A stretch of 44,989 bases of DNA, from the NCBI GenBank assembly GCA_963733195.1, contig CAVTCR010000046.1, positions 1-44,989 of the forward strand, given 5' to 3'. The notes under the pieces were generated by a model. It was not told the origin of the DNA. It ran no database searches and saw only the letters and a list, made by a program, of their open reading frames with translations. Shown in pieces: positions 1 to 9,687 of the stretch. The position numbers were made by a program, and so were the translations under genes. This DNA comes from an uncultured delta proteobacterium (GTDB taxonomy: Bacteria > Desulfobacterota > Binatia > Bin18). Numbering within the stretch: the stretch's first letter is position 1; every line of letters starts with the position of its first letter.

Positions 1-254
1 AGTTGCAACACAAGGAGGTCGCCAGGATGCCTTTTTGGTGGGGCGGGACGTGCGTGCTCCCTTGCGAAAGAAAGGGCAGACGGTCGGGAAACCGCTCTTG
101 GGTCGAGTTCATGACGCTCGGCCTAGTCTTCTCTCTTTGCATCCTAAGGGAACGTCTTCTTTCAATTAATCTTGAGCCGCGCACCCCTCGCCGAGTTTGC
201 CGATGTTGAGAGGCGTGCTACAGAGCTGCTACACACCGAGGAGCAGCAAATGGG

Positions 255-841
255 TTAGTACCTTCTCTTTTTCCTCCTCCTATGAGGAAAGAAAAGCGGA
301 AATAAGCTCCGACGGCTGATCCAGACCAATCCTATTAGTCCACTGAGAAGCAGGAGTAGGATGCTCAGCTCAGGCATAACGGTCTGCCAGAACTTTGGCG
401 CTATGAAGGCGTCGAGGGAGACGCTATTCTGCGACTCGTCTGCCTGAAAAAAGGAGACGCCGAGATCATCGTAGGGGGAAGGGAGAAACGTGGAGAGCGT
501 CGGATGGTCCTGCAGCCGAAAGCCGACGTGCCAAAAAGGGAAGAACCCGTAGCTGGACGCACTCTCACTTGTCTCGCTCGCGTGCACAAAGACGGGGTGG
601 GTGATGTTGTCTCCCAGCGTGGCAAAATACCCCGGTCGGTCACCCTGTTCCGTAGGATGACTCTCCGTATCGTAGGTAAACCACCGGGTAAACGGCTCGC
701 CCTCCAGTGGTCCGTAAAGAAAGACCGAGTTAAAATCGATCTTGATAATAACAGCCTGTGAGAGCGGCGGTGCACAAGCGCTGTCCCAACACTAAGGAGT
801 AACCACAAGCCCATGAGCCGAGATTGCATTAGCGTCTGCAT
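255..841 (-). CDS. Secreted protein with PEP-CTERM-like C-terminal sorting signal (frameshift near 775)
   Basis: AGGAG RBS and ATG at 841 open a signal peptide (MQTLMQSRLMGLWLLLSVGTAL). A second frame continues APPLSQAVIIKIDFNSVFLYGPLEGEPF into ORF 255..587, ending VMPELSILLLLLSGLIGLVWISRR...RRRKKRRY (PE motif, TM helix, basic tail). Confidence 0.6.
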
Positions 842-1042
842 AGTACTCCTCTTGAAGAGGTAACGTCGGTTTCATACTTTCTCTGTGTGCACCATATGGG
901 AATAAAAGGCAATAAATGGGATGAAATGAGAAAAATAGGAAACTATAGGAGCAATGGAAAAGAAGACGATTTCTCAAAGCAAAACGGGAAGTTAGCGGCA
1001 ACTCTCAGCCTTCGTTCAAGTTTCAATGTCACTAACTGTCAG

Positions 1043-1081
1043 GATTACGAATCAGCTGCTCTACCAACTGAGCTAAGTAGC
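1043..1081 (-). pseudogene. 5' half of tRNA-Thr(CGU), truncated just after the anticodon loop
   Basis: Minus strand reads GCTACTTAGCTCAGTTGGTAGAGCAGCTGATTCGTAATC: D arm, 5' anticodon stem GCTGA, loop TT-CGT-AA. No T arm or 3' acceptor strand follows. Confidence 0.8.
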
Positions 1082-1122
1082 AAGTGCGTGTGAGGAAGGG
1101 ATAAATGAGAGTGCAAGCTCTG

Positions 1123-1773
1123 TCAATTGCGTTTCTGGCCTTGAGCAGGAAGAAGCGCAAGCAACTCTCGTGTTGCGTGAGCTGGGTCAGACGCCGTACT
1201 GATGGCGGTAATCACGCCGATACCATGTGCACCGGTAGCAATTAGTTCTGGAATCTGCTTTTTTTTGATTCCACCGATGCTAATCACGGGTACTGGACTC
1301 TGCACTACAGCTTGACGGAAACGCTCGAGTCCCTGTGGTTCGCCGTAGACGGCTTTGGATGGTGTGAAGTAGACTGGGCCGAAGAGAATGAAGTCTGCAC
1401 CTTCCGCCGCCTCGATCTCCGCCGATGAATGGGTTGAGACACCAATCAGTTTTCCTGGACCGAGCAGTTGACGAACGATCGCCACGGCGAAAGAATTTTG
1501 TCCGAGGTGGACTCCATCAGCATCAACCGCTAAGGCAACATCAACACGATCGTTAATCAGTAGACGCGCAAAGTAACGAGCAGTGAGAATGCGTAAATCA
1601 GACGCAAGATGATAAAGCTCGCCGCCTTCAAGATCTTTCTCACGGAGTTGAATCGCGCGCACCCCGCCATCAAGCGCGGCATGAACGACATCGATGAGTG
1701 GTCGCCCACCTGTCTGCTTGCGATCTGTAACGAAGTAGAGGCGAAAGTCGAGCAAGTGCAGTTTCAGCAACAC
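1123..1773 (-). CDS. thiE: Thiamine phosphate synthase
   Basis: QLREK, INDRVDVA, GVHLGQ, GVSTHS and FTPSK motifs; lies downstream of thiS-thiG. Confidence 0.95.
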   Translation of the reverse strand: MLLKLHLLDFRLYFVTDRKQTGGRPLIDVVHAALDGGVRAIQLREKDLEGGELYHLASDLRILTARYFARLLINDRVDVALAVDADGVHLGQNSFAVAIVRQLLGPGKLIGVSTHSSAEIEAAEGADFILFGPVYFTPSKAVYGEPQGLERFRQAVVQSPVPVISIGGIKKKQIPELIATGAHGIGVITAISTASDPAHATRELLALLPAQGQKRN

Positions 1774-1848
1774 TCCACTACCGCCGTTCGCCCTTCGACT
1801 TCGTTTACCCGACGTCTAGGGCGAACGAGGTATGGAAGCAATTTGTCA

Positions 1849-2622
1849 TTATTCGATCCGGCCGTCCATCGGACTCGATGCCGACGCATAGAGTTTCTTT
1901 GGCATCCGGCCCGCAAGGTAGGCTTTACGTCCAGCTTCGACACCCAGTCGCATCGCCTCAGCCATAAGAATCGGATCCTTCGCTTCGGCAATCGCAGTGT
2001 TCATCAGGATGGCGTCACAACCCATTTCGAGAGCAACTGCAGCATCTGAGGCCGTTCCTACTCCTGCGTCAACAATCACTGGCACACGGCTATGCTCTAA
2101 GATAATGCGCAAATTATATGGATTACGAATCCCTAGGCCTGACCCGATTGGCGCTGCGAGCGGCATCACTGCCGCACATCCGATGTCTTCTAATTTCTTA
2201 CAGGAAATCGGATCGTCGATGATGTAGGGGAGGACGATAAATCCTTCTTTGACGAGAATCTTTGCGGCTTCGAGTGTTCCTGGAATATCAGGAAACAGGG
2301 TGCGTTGGTCACCGATCACTTCAAGCTTAACGAGGTTACCGACCCCCGCCTCGCGTGCAAGACGACAGGTCCGTACTGCGTCCTCTACCGTGTAGCAGCC
2401 AGCGGTATTAGGCAAGATGGTATACTTCTTAGGATCAATGTAATCGAGCAAGTTTTCTTTACTCGGGTCGGTGATATTTACGCGTCGTACGGCGACGGTG
2501 ACGATCTCGGCTCCAGAAGCTTCAACTGCGCGTTTATTTTCAGCGAAATCTTTATACTTCCCGGTGCCAACAATCAGTCGAGATTGATATTCTTTTCCGG
2601 CGAGGACAAACGGATCTTTCAT
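1849..2622 (-). CDS. thiG: Thiazole synthase
   Basis: [31 protein letters not shown] and [10 protein letters not shown] motifs. Confidence 0.97.
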   Translation of the reverse strand: MKDPFVLAGKEYQSRLIVGTGKYKDFAENKRAVEASGAEIVTVAVRRVNITDPSKENLLDYIDPKKYTILPNTAGCYTVEDAVRTCRLAREAGVGNLVKLEVIGDQRTLFPDIPGTLEAAKILVKEGFIVLPYIIDDPISCKKLEDIGCAAVMPLAAPIGSGLGIRNPYNLRIILEHSRVPVIVDAGVGTASDAAVALEMGCDAILMNTAIAEAKDPILMAEAMRLGVEAGRKAYLAGRMPKKLYASASSPMDGRIE

Positions 2623-2639
2623 AATTCTGCCCTTTGCAA

Positions 2640-2840
2640 TTATCCCCCACCGACGAAATGCACGATTTCAATGTGATCCCCTGGTTGGATGCGATACGTC
2701 ACATACTCGTCACGAGGGAGAATGTCTCGATTCACTTCAACAGCGATGCGTCGTTTTCCAAGTCCTAGTTCTTCAACCAGGTCTGCGATTGTGCTGCCTG
2801 CGCGGCAGTCTCGTTTTTCGCCATTGAGCATCACTGTCAT
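2640..2840 (-). CDS. thiS: Sulfur carrier protein ThiS
   Basis: 66-aa ubiquitin-like protein ending EIVHFVGGG, directly upstream of thiG. Confidence 0.95.
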   Translation of the reverse strand: MTVMLNGEKRDCRAGSTIADLVEELGLGKRRIAVEVNRDILPRDEYVTYRIQPGDHIEIVHFVGGG

Positions 2841-2958
2841 GGCGTCTCACCATAATCTCTTCACTTTCCCTTTACAACCCTAGAGCCTTTTGTTATGTCG
2901 CCTTCTCCACTATTCTTCATGACGTATATTCCCACTCAGTATTCGCAAGGAGTTCACC

Positions 2959-4550
2959 ATGACTACAGTTCGTCGCGCACTGATTAGCGTGAGCGACAAG
3001 CGTGGAGTTGTCGCGTTTGCCAAAGGCTTAGCCGCTCTCGGCATCGAGATCCTCTCTACTGGCGGCACGGCAAAATCTCTGACCGAAGCTGGGGTGCCTG
3101 TCGTTCCGGTCGAGAACTTTACCGGCTTCCCAGAGATGCTCGACGGTCGTGTTAAAACTCTGCATCCAAAGATTCACGCGGGGATTCTACATCGACGCGA
3201 GGACCCAGCTCATGTGCAAACGATGCAAACGCATGGCCTCAAAGCCATCGATTTAGTCGTCGTCAATCTCTACCCCTTCGAGCAGACCGTTGCTCGGCCA
3301 GAGTGTTCTTTTGCTGATGCGATTGAGAACATCGATATCGGTGGTCCTTCGCTCTTACGTGCCGCAGCCAAGAATCATGCTAACGTTGGGATTATCGTTG
3401 ACCCGGATGATTACCCCAGCATCTTACAAACACTCCAAACCCAAGGGGCATTATCAGCAGAACAGAAATTTTCACTGGCGAAAAAAGCGTTCCGTATGAC
3501 TGCTCGTTATGATGGGGCAATTTCCGATTATCTCGGTAGCCTCGATGCAGAAGGAAGACGCGTACCTTTCGGCGAAACTTTGCATCTCCAATACGCAAAA
3601 GCTCAAGATCTTCGCTATGGTGAGAATCCCCATCAAACTGCAGCCTTCTATCGTCACCGCGAGCTACACGAACCATGCATTGCCAACGCTCGTCAACTCC
3701 AAGGAAAAGAATTATCGTTTAACAATATTGTCGATGCCAACGCGGCTTTCGAGTTGCTTAAAGAGTTCGATGAAATTGCAGCAGTGGCAATCAAACATAC
3801 CAACCCATGTGGAGCCGCAACCTCTACGATTGTCTCTTGGCTGACGCCTTTCGCAAAGCGCGTGCATGCGATCCGGTATCGATTTTCGGTGGCATTGTGG
3901 GATTGAATCGCGAGGTTGATGAAGAGACCGCGCAAGAAATCCTCAACCTCTACAAAGAAGGATTCATCGAGATTCTGTTGGCACCAGGATATTCCCCACA
4001 AGCGCTTGAACTGCTCGCGTCATCGAAGCGATTACTCAACATTCGCTTGATGGAAATTCCAACAATCACTAATCCACAGCCGGAACAGTTTGAGATCAAG
4101 TCGGTTGTCGGCGGCATGTTACTGCAAGATCGCGACTTTGGCCGTGTGCAGGTCGAAGACTGTCAAGTTGTGACCAAACGGAAACCGACTCCTGAGGAGT
4201 ATCGTGCGTTACATTTTGCCTGGCGGGTGACGAAGCATGTCAAATCGAATGCGATTGTTCTTGCTCGTAGTGATCAAGTGATCGGTGTCGGCGCTGGGCA
4301 GATGAGCCGTGTGGATTCGGCCAAGATAGCCGTCTCGCGCGCACGAGATCTCGGACTCGACCCCAAAGGAACCGTCGTTGGCTCTGATGCTTTCTTCCCC
4401 TTTCCTGATGGACTTGAAGTCTGCGTACGTGCTGGTGCCACCGCAGCCATTCAACCTGGTGGTAGTCTCCGAGACAAAGAAGTCATCGCTGCAGCAGATG
4501 AGCATGGCCTGGCGATGATCTTTACCGGTATGCGGCATTTTAGGCATTAG
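2959..4550 (+). CDS. purH: Bifunctional AICAR transformylase/IMP cyclohydrolase (frameshift near 3835)
   Basis: [27 protein letters not shown] and KHTNPCG in ORF 2959..3906; SIFGGI, HVKSNAI, SDAFFPF and MRHFRH in ORF 3807..4550. Confidence 0.95.
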
Positions 4551-4628
4551 CACGTATTGCGTGATACATGGTACGTGAAGAAGAAAGTTACCCCATATGC
4601 ATCACGCGACACATATTTTTAGAGGAGT

Positions 4629-5921
4629 ATGAAACTTCTTATCATCGGCAGCGGCGGTCGCGAACACGCACTGGTGTGGAAACTGCGTCAGAGTCCACGA
4701 GTCAGTCAGATTTACTGCGCACCTGGCAACGCTGGTATTAGTGAGTTGGCAGAGCTCGTTTCTCTGCAACCAGAGGACATTCACGGACTCCGTCGCTTCG
4801 CCGAACAGGAACACATCGACCTCACAATTGTCGGGCCAGAATTGCCATTGAGCTTAGGGATCGTTGATGAGTTTGAAGCACACGGTTTACGCGTGTTTGG
4901 CCCCAATAAGGAAGCTGCTCAACTGGAAGTGAGTAAAGCTTTCGCTAAAGATCTGATGCGACAAGAGCAGGTGCCGACAGCGTACTTTGGCAGTTTCACG
5001 AACCCGGACGAAGCCCGACGGTATGTTGATGAAGTAGGTACACCTATCGTTGTCAAAGCAGACGGTCTCGCCGCAGGGAAAGGAGTGATTATTTGCGCGA
5101 CTGTACGCGAAGCCCACGAAGCAATCAATGAGATTATGCGTGGTCGCATCTTCGGCAGCGCAGGAGATCGAGTGGTGATTGAAGAATTTCTCGAAGGAGA
5201 AGAAGCGTCGTTCTTAGCCTTCACCGATGGGCACACAGTGCTGCCGTTATCATCAGCTCAAGATCACAAACGGATATTCGATGAGGATCAAGGTCCAAAT
5301 ACTGGAGGTATGGGTGCATATTCTCCTGCACCGATCGTCACTCCAGTCATGACTGAACGCGTCATACAGGAGGTGATGTATCCAGTCGTCACAGGGCTAC
5401 AGCGGCGTGGAATTACCTACAAAGGTATTTTGTATGCTGGTCTCATGATCAACAAAGATACGCTCAAAGTATTAGAGTTCAATGTGCGCTTTGGTGATCC
5501 CGAGTGCCAACCGTTGATGCTACGGCTCAAGACTGACCTCGTAGATGTAATGGAAGCAGTGATTGAGGAACGACTATCAGAGGTTTCACTCGTATGGGAT
5601 GAACGGCCAGCGGTTTGCGTTGTCCTTACTGCTAGCGGCTACCCAGGCAAATACGAAACCGGGCAAACGATTTCCGGGCTTGAGTCGTTGCGTGATTGGA
5701 AAGAGGGAGTCGTTTTCCATGCGGGGACTGCGCTCTCTGATCATCGATATGTCACCAAAGGTGGCAGAGTACTTGGCGTGACTGCCACTGGCTCAGATAT
5801 CAGCAGAGCGATCGCAACTGCTTATGAAGGCGTACAAAAAATCACCTGGTCTGGCATGCACTATCGCCGTGACATCGGTCGACGCGCGTTAGGCCACTTC
5901 ATAGAAAAGTCGCATTCGTAA
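4629..5921 (+). CDS. purD: Phosphoribosylamine-glycine ligase
   Basis: GSGGREHA, KADGLAAGKGV, QDHKR, GPNTGGMGAY and EFNVRFGDPE motifs. Confidence 0.97.
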   Translation: MKLLIIGSGGREHALVWKLRQSPRVSQIYCAPGNAGISELAELVSLQPEDIHGLRRFAEQEHIDLTIVGPELPLSLGIVDEFEAHGLRVFGPNKEAAQLEVSKAFAKDLMRQEQVPTAYFGSFTNPDEARRYVDEVGTPIVVKADGLAAGKGVIICATVREAHEAINEIMRGRIFGSAGDRVVIEEFLEGEEASFLAFTDGHTVLPLSSAQDHKRIFDEDQGPNTGGMGAYSPAPIVTPVMTERVIQEVMYPVVTGLQRRGITYKGILYAGLMINKDTLKVLEFNVRFGDPECQPLMLRLKTDLVDVMEAVIEERLSEVSLVWDERPAVCVVLTASGYPGKYETGQTISGLESLRDWKEGVVFHAGTALSDHRYVTKGGRVLGVTATGSDISRAIATAYEGVQKITWSGMHYRRDIGRRALGHFIEKSHS

Positions 5922-5965
5922 TTTTTCCTTGCTCCCCACTCGCTTGTTTCGTACAGTATATATCT

Positions 5966-7233
5966 ATGGCAATTATTCGTCCGTTTCGTGGGGTACGGTA
6001 TAACCCTGCTGTCGCTGGCGACCTCAGCCAGCTTGTCTCTCCTCCTTATGATGTTATTTCTGCTGAACAGCAAACTGAGCTGCATCTGCGTAGCCCGTAT
6101 AACGCAATCCATCTCGACCTGAACAAGGACACAGATCGTTACGGAGCGGCCGCGCAGCGATTTCGCGATTGGCTGCAACAAAAAGTTCTTGTTCCGGAAG
6201 TGGAACCAGCCCTTTATTTTTATGCGCAAGAGTTCACGCTGAAAGACGGGGTGAAACGGCGCCGCCTCGGCGTATTTGCTGCCCTGCGACTCGAAGAGTT
6301 CTCTTCAGGTGTCGTCCGGCCCCATGAACGCACTTTTGAAGGAGCGAAGAAAGATCGTCTCGCCTTACTGCGTGCCTGCCAGGCACATCTTAGCTCGGTC
6401 TTTTGTGTCTTTGGCAAACACGGCTGGTCCTTAGAGGAGATTGCTCGTCCAGCCCTTACGTCTCCTCCATTAGCAGCCATGACGGATGAACATGGAGTGA
6501 CTCATACTCTCTGGCGAACAACGGAGGCATCGCTCATTGCGGCAATCAGTGAAGGACTAGCGCATGAGTCTCTCATCATTGCCGATGGCCATCATCGCTA
6601 TGAGACAGCGCTGCGCTATCGCCAGGAACGTGCGGCACAGGGACGAACGAGCGAGAATGAACCTTATGATTACGTTCTGGCTTTTCTCACCAATGCCTAC
6701 GACGACGGACTGGTGATTCTTCCCACCCACCGGCTCTTACGAAATATATCGACACCAAGCCCACAAAACCTTCGGACAGTCCTCCAACGCGACTTTCGCG
6801 TAGCGCTGTTTTCCTATACTGACACAGCCGCATTTCTTGCCGCACTCCGAGCACCAGGGGAGAACGGCGGATTGGCTGTGCGATCGCCAGAGCGGGTCAC
6901 TACTGGTTATTATCGTTTGACGATCGAGTCACTAGCGGATTACCCCTATCGAGTCCCCTCCGTGCGCTTGATGTGACCGTCTTACACGAAGTGATCTTGG
7001 CGCGGTTTTTTGGCCTGCCAACGGAACTGCAAAAGCAGGCGCTCTCTTACACTATCGACGAAGAAGAAGCACTGCGTGGAGTTGCAGAGCGTCACTTCCA
7101 AGCAGCGTTTTTACTCAATGCAACACCATTTGAACAAGTCGTCGCAGTCTGCGAGCAAGGGGAAACAATGTCGCAGAAATCGACCTATTTCTATCCTAAG
7201 CTCCTCACTGGGTTAGTATTTTATCAGCTGTAA
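5966..7233 (+). CDS. DUF1015 family protein (frameshift near 6858)
   Basis: PFRG, PPYDVI, PHERT, IADGHHRYE and PTHR motifs; the C-terminal KSTYFYPKLLTGL lies in the second frame. Confidence 0.9.
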
Positions 7234-7254
7234 AAGAAAAGACGGCGGAGAGTT

Positions 7255-7890
7255 TTAGCGTCGTCCGCCTCCGCCAAAAAATCCGCCGGGGCGACGTTCC
7301 GGCGGTCGCGCTTCGTTGACTTTGAGGATACGGCCGAGGGCTTCACGTCCATCAAAACGTTTGATCGCGGCGACGGCTTCATCCTTCGACCCCATATCGA
7401 CGAAAGCAAACCCTTTCGATTGACCAGTGGCCCGGTCTGTCATGATGCTCACAGAAGTGACTTTCCCTGATTCAGCGAAAAGCTTTTCTAATTCTGCGTT
7501 CGTCACGGTGTAAGGAAGATTGCCGACGAAGAGTCGCACCCCTGAGGCTCGAACTCCCCCGGAAGAAGGTCGGTCACCAGAAGCCGAGGATGCGCTTGGG
7601 GTAAACGGACGACGACCATCTTCCCGTGGGGCACCCATTCCTCGGACTGGATTGGCTTCATTCACCGTGAGGGTTTGGCCCTCAAGCGTCGACCCGTGGA
7701 GCGCAGTAATCGCCGCCCGTGCCGCGTCATTCGACTCCATTTCGACAAAACCGAACCCACGCGAGCGACCAGTAGTCGGATCGGTCATGAGATCAGCCGA
7801 AACGATAGTGCCAAAAGGAATAAACAAATCTTCAAGCTCTGGGAAACATAGCTGGGGGGGAAGATTACCGACGAAAAGCCTGACGCCCAA
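7255..7890 (-). CDS. RNA-binding protein with two RRM domains
   Basis: Two RNP2/RNP1 pairs (LFVGNL...RGFGFVEM; LFVGNL...KGFAFVDM). TTG start at 7890 follows a GGAGG RBS. Confidence 0.9.
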   Translation of the reverse strand: MGVRLFVGNLPPQLCFPELEDLFIPFGTIVSADLMTDPTTGRSRGFGFVEMESNDAARAAITALHGSTLEGQTLTVNEANPVRGMGAPREDGRRPFTPSASSASGDRPSSGGVRASGVRLFVGNLPYTVTNAELEKLFAESGKVTSVSIMTDRATGQSKGFAFVDMGSKDEAVAAIKRFDGREALGRILKVNEARPPERRPGGFFGGGGRR

Positions 7891-7907
7891 TGCAACCTCC
7901 AAATACG

Positions 7908-7953
7908 GAATAAGAAAGCAAAGCCCCTCAACGCAGGGTTCGCGTGAGGGGCT
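7908..7953 (-). terminator. Hairpin plus U-rich tract between the two RRM genes
   Basis: AGCCCCTCA/TGAGGGGCT stem (7922-7953) followed by TTGCTTTCTTATT on the minus strand. Confidence 0.6.
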
Positions 7954-8034
7954 CTCTGTTCAGTTCTCAGTTCTAGCTATTTGCTACTGCCATACGAATC
8001 GGCCGTTATGTATGCTGGCTTGTTGGTGTGTATC

Positions 8035-8415
8035 TTACCAACGACGATCGCGATCGCGACCACCGCCACCACCACCGCCACCACCACGGCCACCAAATCC
8101 ACCACGGCCACCGCCACCGCCGCCGCCACCACCAAATCCACCACGACCACCACCCCCAGAGCGCGGCTCTTGCGGTTTCGCTTCGTTCACCGTTAACGCA
8201 CGACCTTGCATTTCGTGCCCATTAAAACGTTCAATGGCGTTCTGTGCCTCGTCGTTATTGCTCATTTCGACAAAACCAAAACCCCGAGAGCGGCCAGTAA
8301 ATTTATCTGTAATGATATTTACGGACGCGACTGCACCGACCTGACCGAAAAGCGACTCGAGCTCTGCGGGGGTCGTATTAAAGGGCAAATTTCCCACGAA
8401 CAACTTCACTGCCAT
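8035..8415 (-). CDS. Single-RRM RNA-binding protein with Gly/Arg-rich tail (Rbp-like)
   Basis: LFVGNL, RSRGFGFVEM and LTVNEAKP motifs, then RGG repeats; GGAGG RBS. Confidence 0.95.
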   Translation of the reverse strand: MAVKLFVGNLPFNTTPAELESLFGQVGAVASVNIITDKFTGRSRGFGFVEMSNNDEAQNAIERFNGHEMQGRALTVNEAKPQEPRSGGGGRGGFGGGGGGGGGRGGFGGRGGGGGGGGGRDRDRRW

Positions 8416-8434
8416 GACTCACCTCCATCGGTGC

Positions 8435-8478
8435 AAAAAAAAAGGCCCCCTCAACCCATGAGCGGGTTCAGGGGGCCT
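8435..8478 (-). terminator. Intrinsic terminator inside the 5' leader of the RRM gene
   Basis: AGGCCCCCTGAACCCGCTCATGGGTTGAGGGGGCC followed by a run of 9 T, about 20 nt before the ATG. Confidence 0.75.
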
Positions 8479-8556
8479 AGACTCTCGAACCGACTCACTC
8501 CAAACGAACGGCACGAACCGAACAACGCACACACACGGCTGACTAATACGTTGGTA

Positions 8557-8585
8557 AGGTTACCAAATTCTTTCGCGCAAGACAA
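8557..8585 (-). promoter_or_regulatory. Sigma70-type promoter for the RRM leader
   Basis: TTGTCT-N17-TAACCT with an extended -10 TG. Confidence 0.6.
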
Positions 8586-8684
8586 TAAAGAAAAACAAGA
8601 AAAAGTTCCACGGAAAACTAGGGGGAACCACAGAAAAAATACCTGGGCAACTATCTATTCTGGCTCTGACCCTCACTTCTTTCT

Positions 8685-9677
8685 TCAGGACGAGTACGTA
8701 GGATCAGCACCACTGCACGCCACTAGTGCATTCAACAGTTCTTCACGGTTAAACCCTTTTCCAATAATGACGAGATGGTCTGGGGGCTCAGGCAAAAGAT
8801 CGATCCATTCGACTGCAAAGTCACTGTTGACAAATTGAAACATCCACTGCTCTGGTGAGTCGGTAAAGCGCACAAACCCCTTTGCTCGCCAAACAGTTGA
8901 AGGCAGTGCACGGATACAGTGCTCAAACTGCTCCCGAATAAAAGGACGCTCGCAAAGAAACGTCAACGTGTGAAAATGGTCATGAACCACGACTGGATGA
9001 GGACGTATGGGCGGGCGCGAAATTTCTCCTGTATGGTTCAGCAAACGTGCACAGGGCATGCGCCCACGTTCGGTAAAAAGAATCTCCGCCCGTGGATTAA
9101 TGGCTCGGACTTGTGTGGCCAATTCATCAAGCACGGATTGAGCGGCAAGGTCACGTTTGTTGATTAAGACAAAATCAGCGAGTTCCGTTTGCTGACGAAT
9201 ACCAGAATGGACAACTTCAGCTAAATGCGTGAAATTCACCGGGTCCAAGACCGCAACCAACGTTGCGAGTCGAACCAACGGCAGGACTTCTTCTTTCGTC
9301 GCTTGGTCAATCAGTTCGATGGGGTCAGCAAGACCGGTCGCTTCAATAAAAATCACATCAGGTTTGCGGGCAGCAACATCCTGCAAAGCAAGCCCGAGAG
9401 TTCCCCCGATCGTGCAACAGATGCACCCATTGGTCATCTCACGAATAGTGTACCCTTGCCCACGCAGCAGTTCTCCATCGATATTGACTTCTCCATACTC
9501 GTTCATCATCACTGCAGGTTTGAGCCCTTGGGCCAGGCAGTAGTCAAGGAGATTCTGCAACAAAGTGGTTTTCCCACTGCCGAGAAATCCAGAGATGAGG
9601 TGCACGGGAATGCGATCGCTCTCGGAAAAAAGAATTCGTTCTTTTGGCTCATTCTTGTCGAGCTGGGAAGTGCCCAT
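8685..9677 (-). CDS. CobW/COG0523 family G3E GTPase (metallochaperone)
   Basis: GFLGSGKTT, NEYGE, GCICC, IEATGLADP, NKRD and C-terminal RAKG motifs. Confidence 0.92.
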   Translation of the reverse strand: MGTSQLDKNEPKERILFSESDRIPVHLISGFLGSGKTTLLQNLLDYCLAQGLKPAVMMNEYGEVNIDGELLRGQGYTIREMTNGCICCTIGGTLGLALQDVAARKPDVIFIEATGLADPIELIDQATKEEVLPLVRLATLVAVLDPVNFTHLAEVVHSGIRQQTELADFVLINKRDLAAQSVLDELATQVRAINPRAEILFTERGRMPCARLLNHTGEISRPPIRPHPVVVHDHFHTLTFLCERPFIREQFEHCIRALPSTVWRAKGFVRFTDSPEQWMFQFVNSDFAVEWIDLLPEPPDHLVIIGKGFNREELLNALVACSGADPTYSS

Positions 9678-9687
9678 TGCCTTTTTC

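Noticed and set aside
1-142. Minus-strand ORF running off the window edge
   Set aside because: Partial, with no recognisable motif.
170-205. GGCAAAC on the minus strand suggesting a c-di-GMP-I riboswitch
   Set aside because: The GAAA-capped P2, the GCAAA motif and the P3 that should follow are absent.
900-1042. Group I intron interrupting tRNA-Thr
   Set aside because: The break is in the anticodon stem, not the loop; no P7 core or 3' exon is visible in the window.
7520-8344. Pro-, His- and Thr-rich plus-strand ORFs
   Set aside because: They are antisense shadows of the Gly-rich RRM genes.
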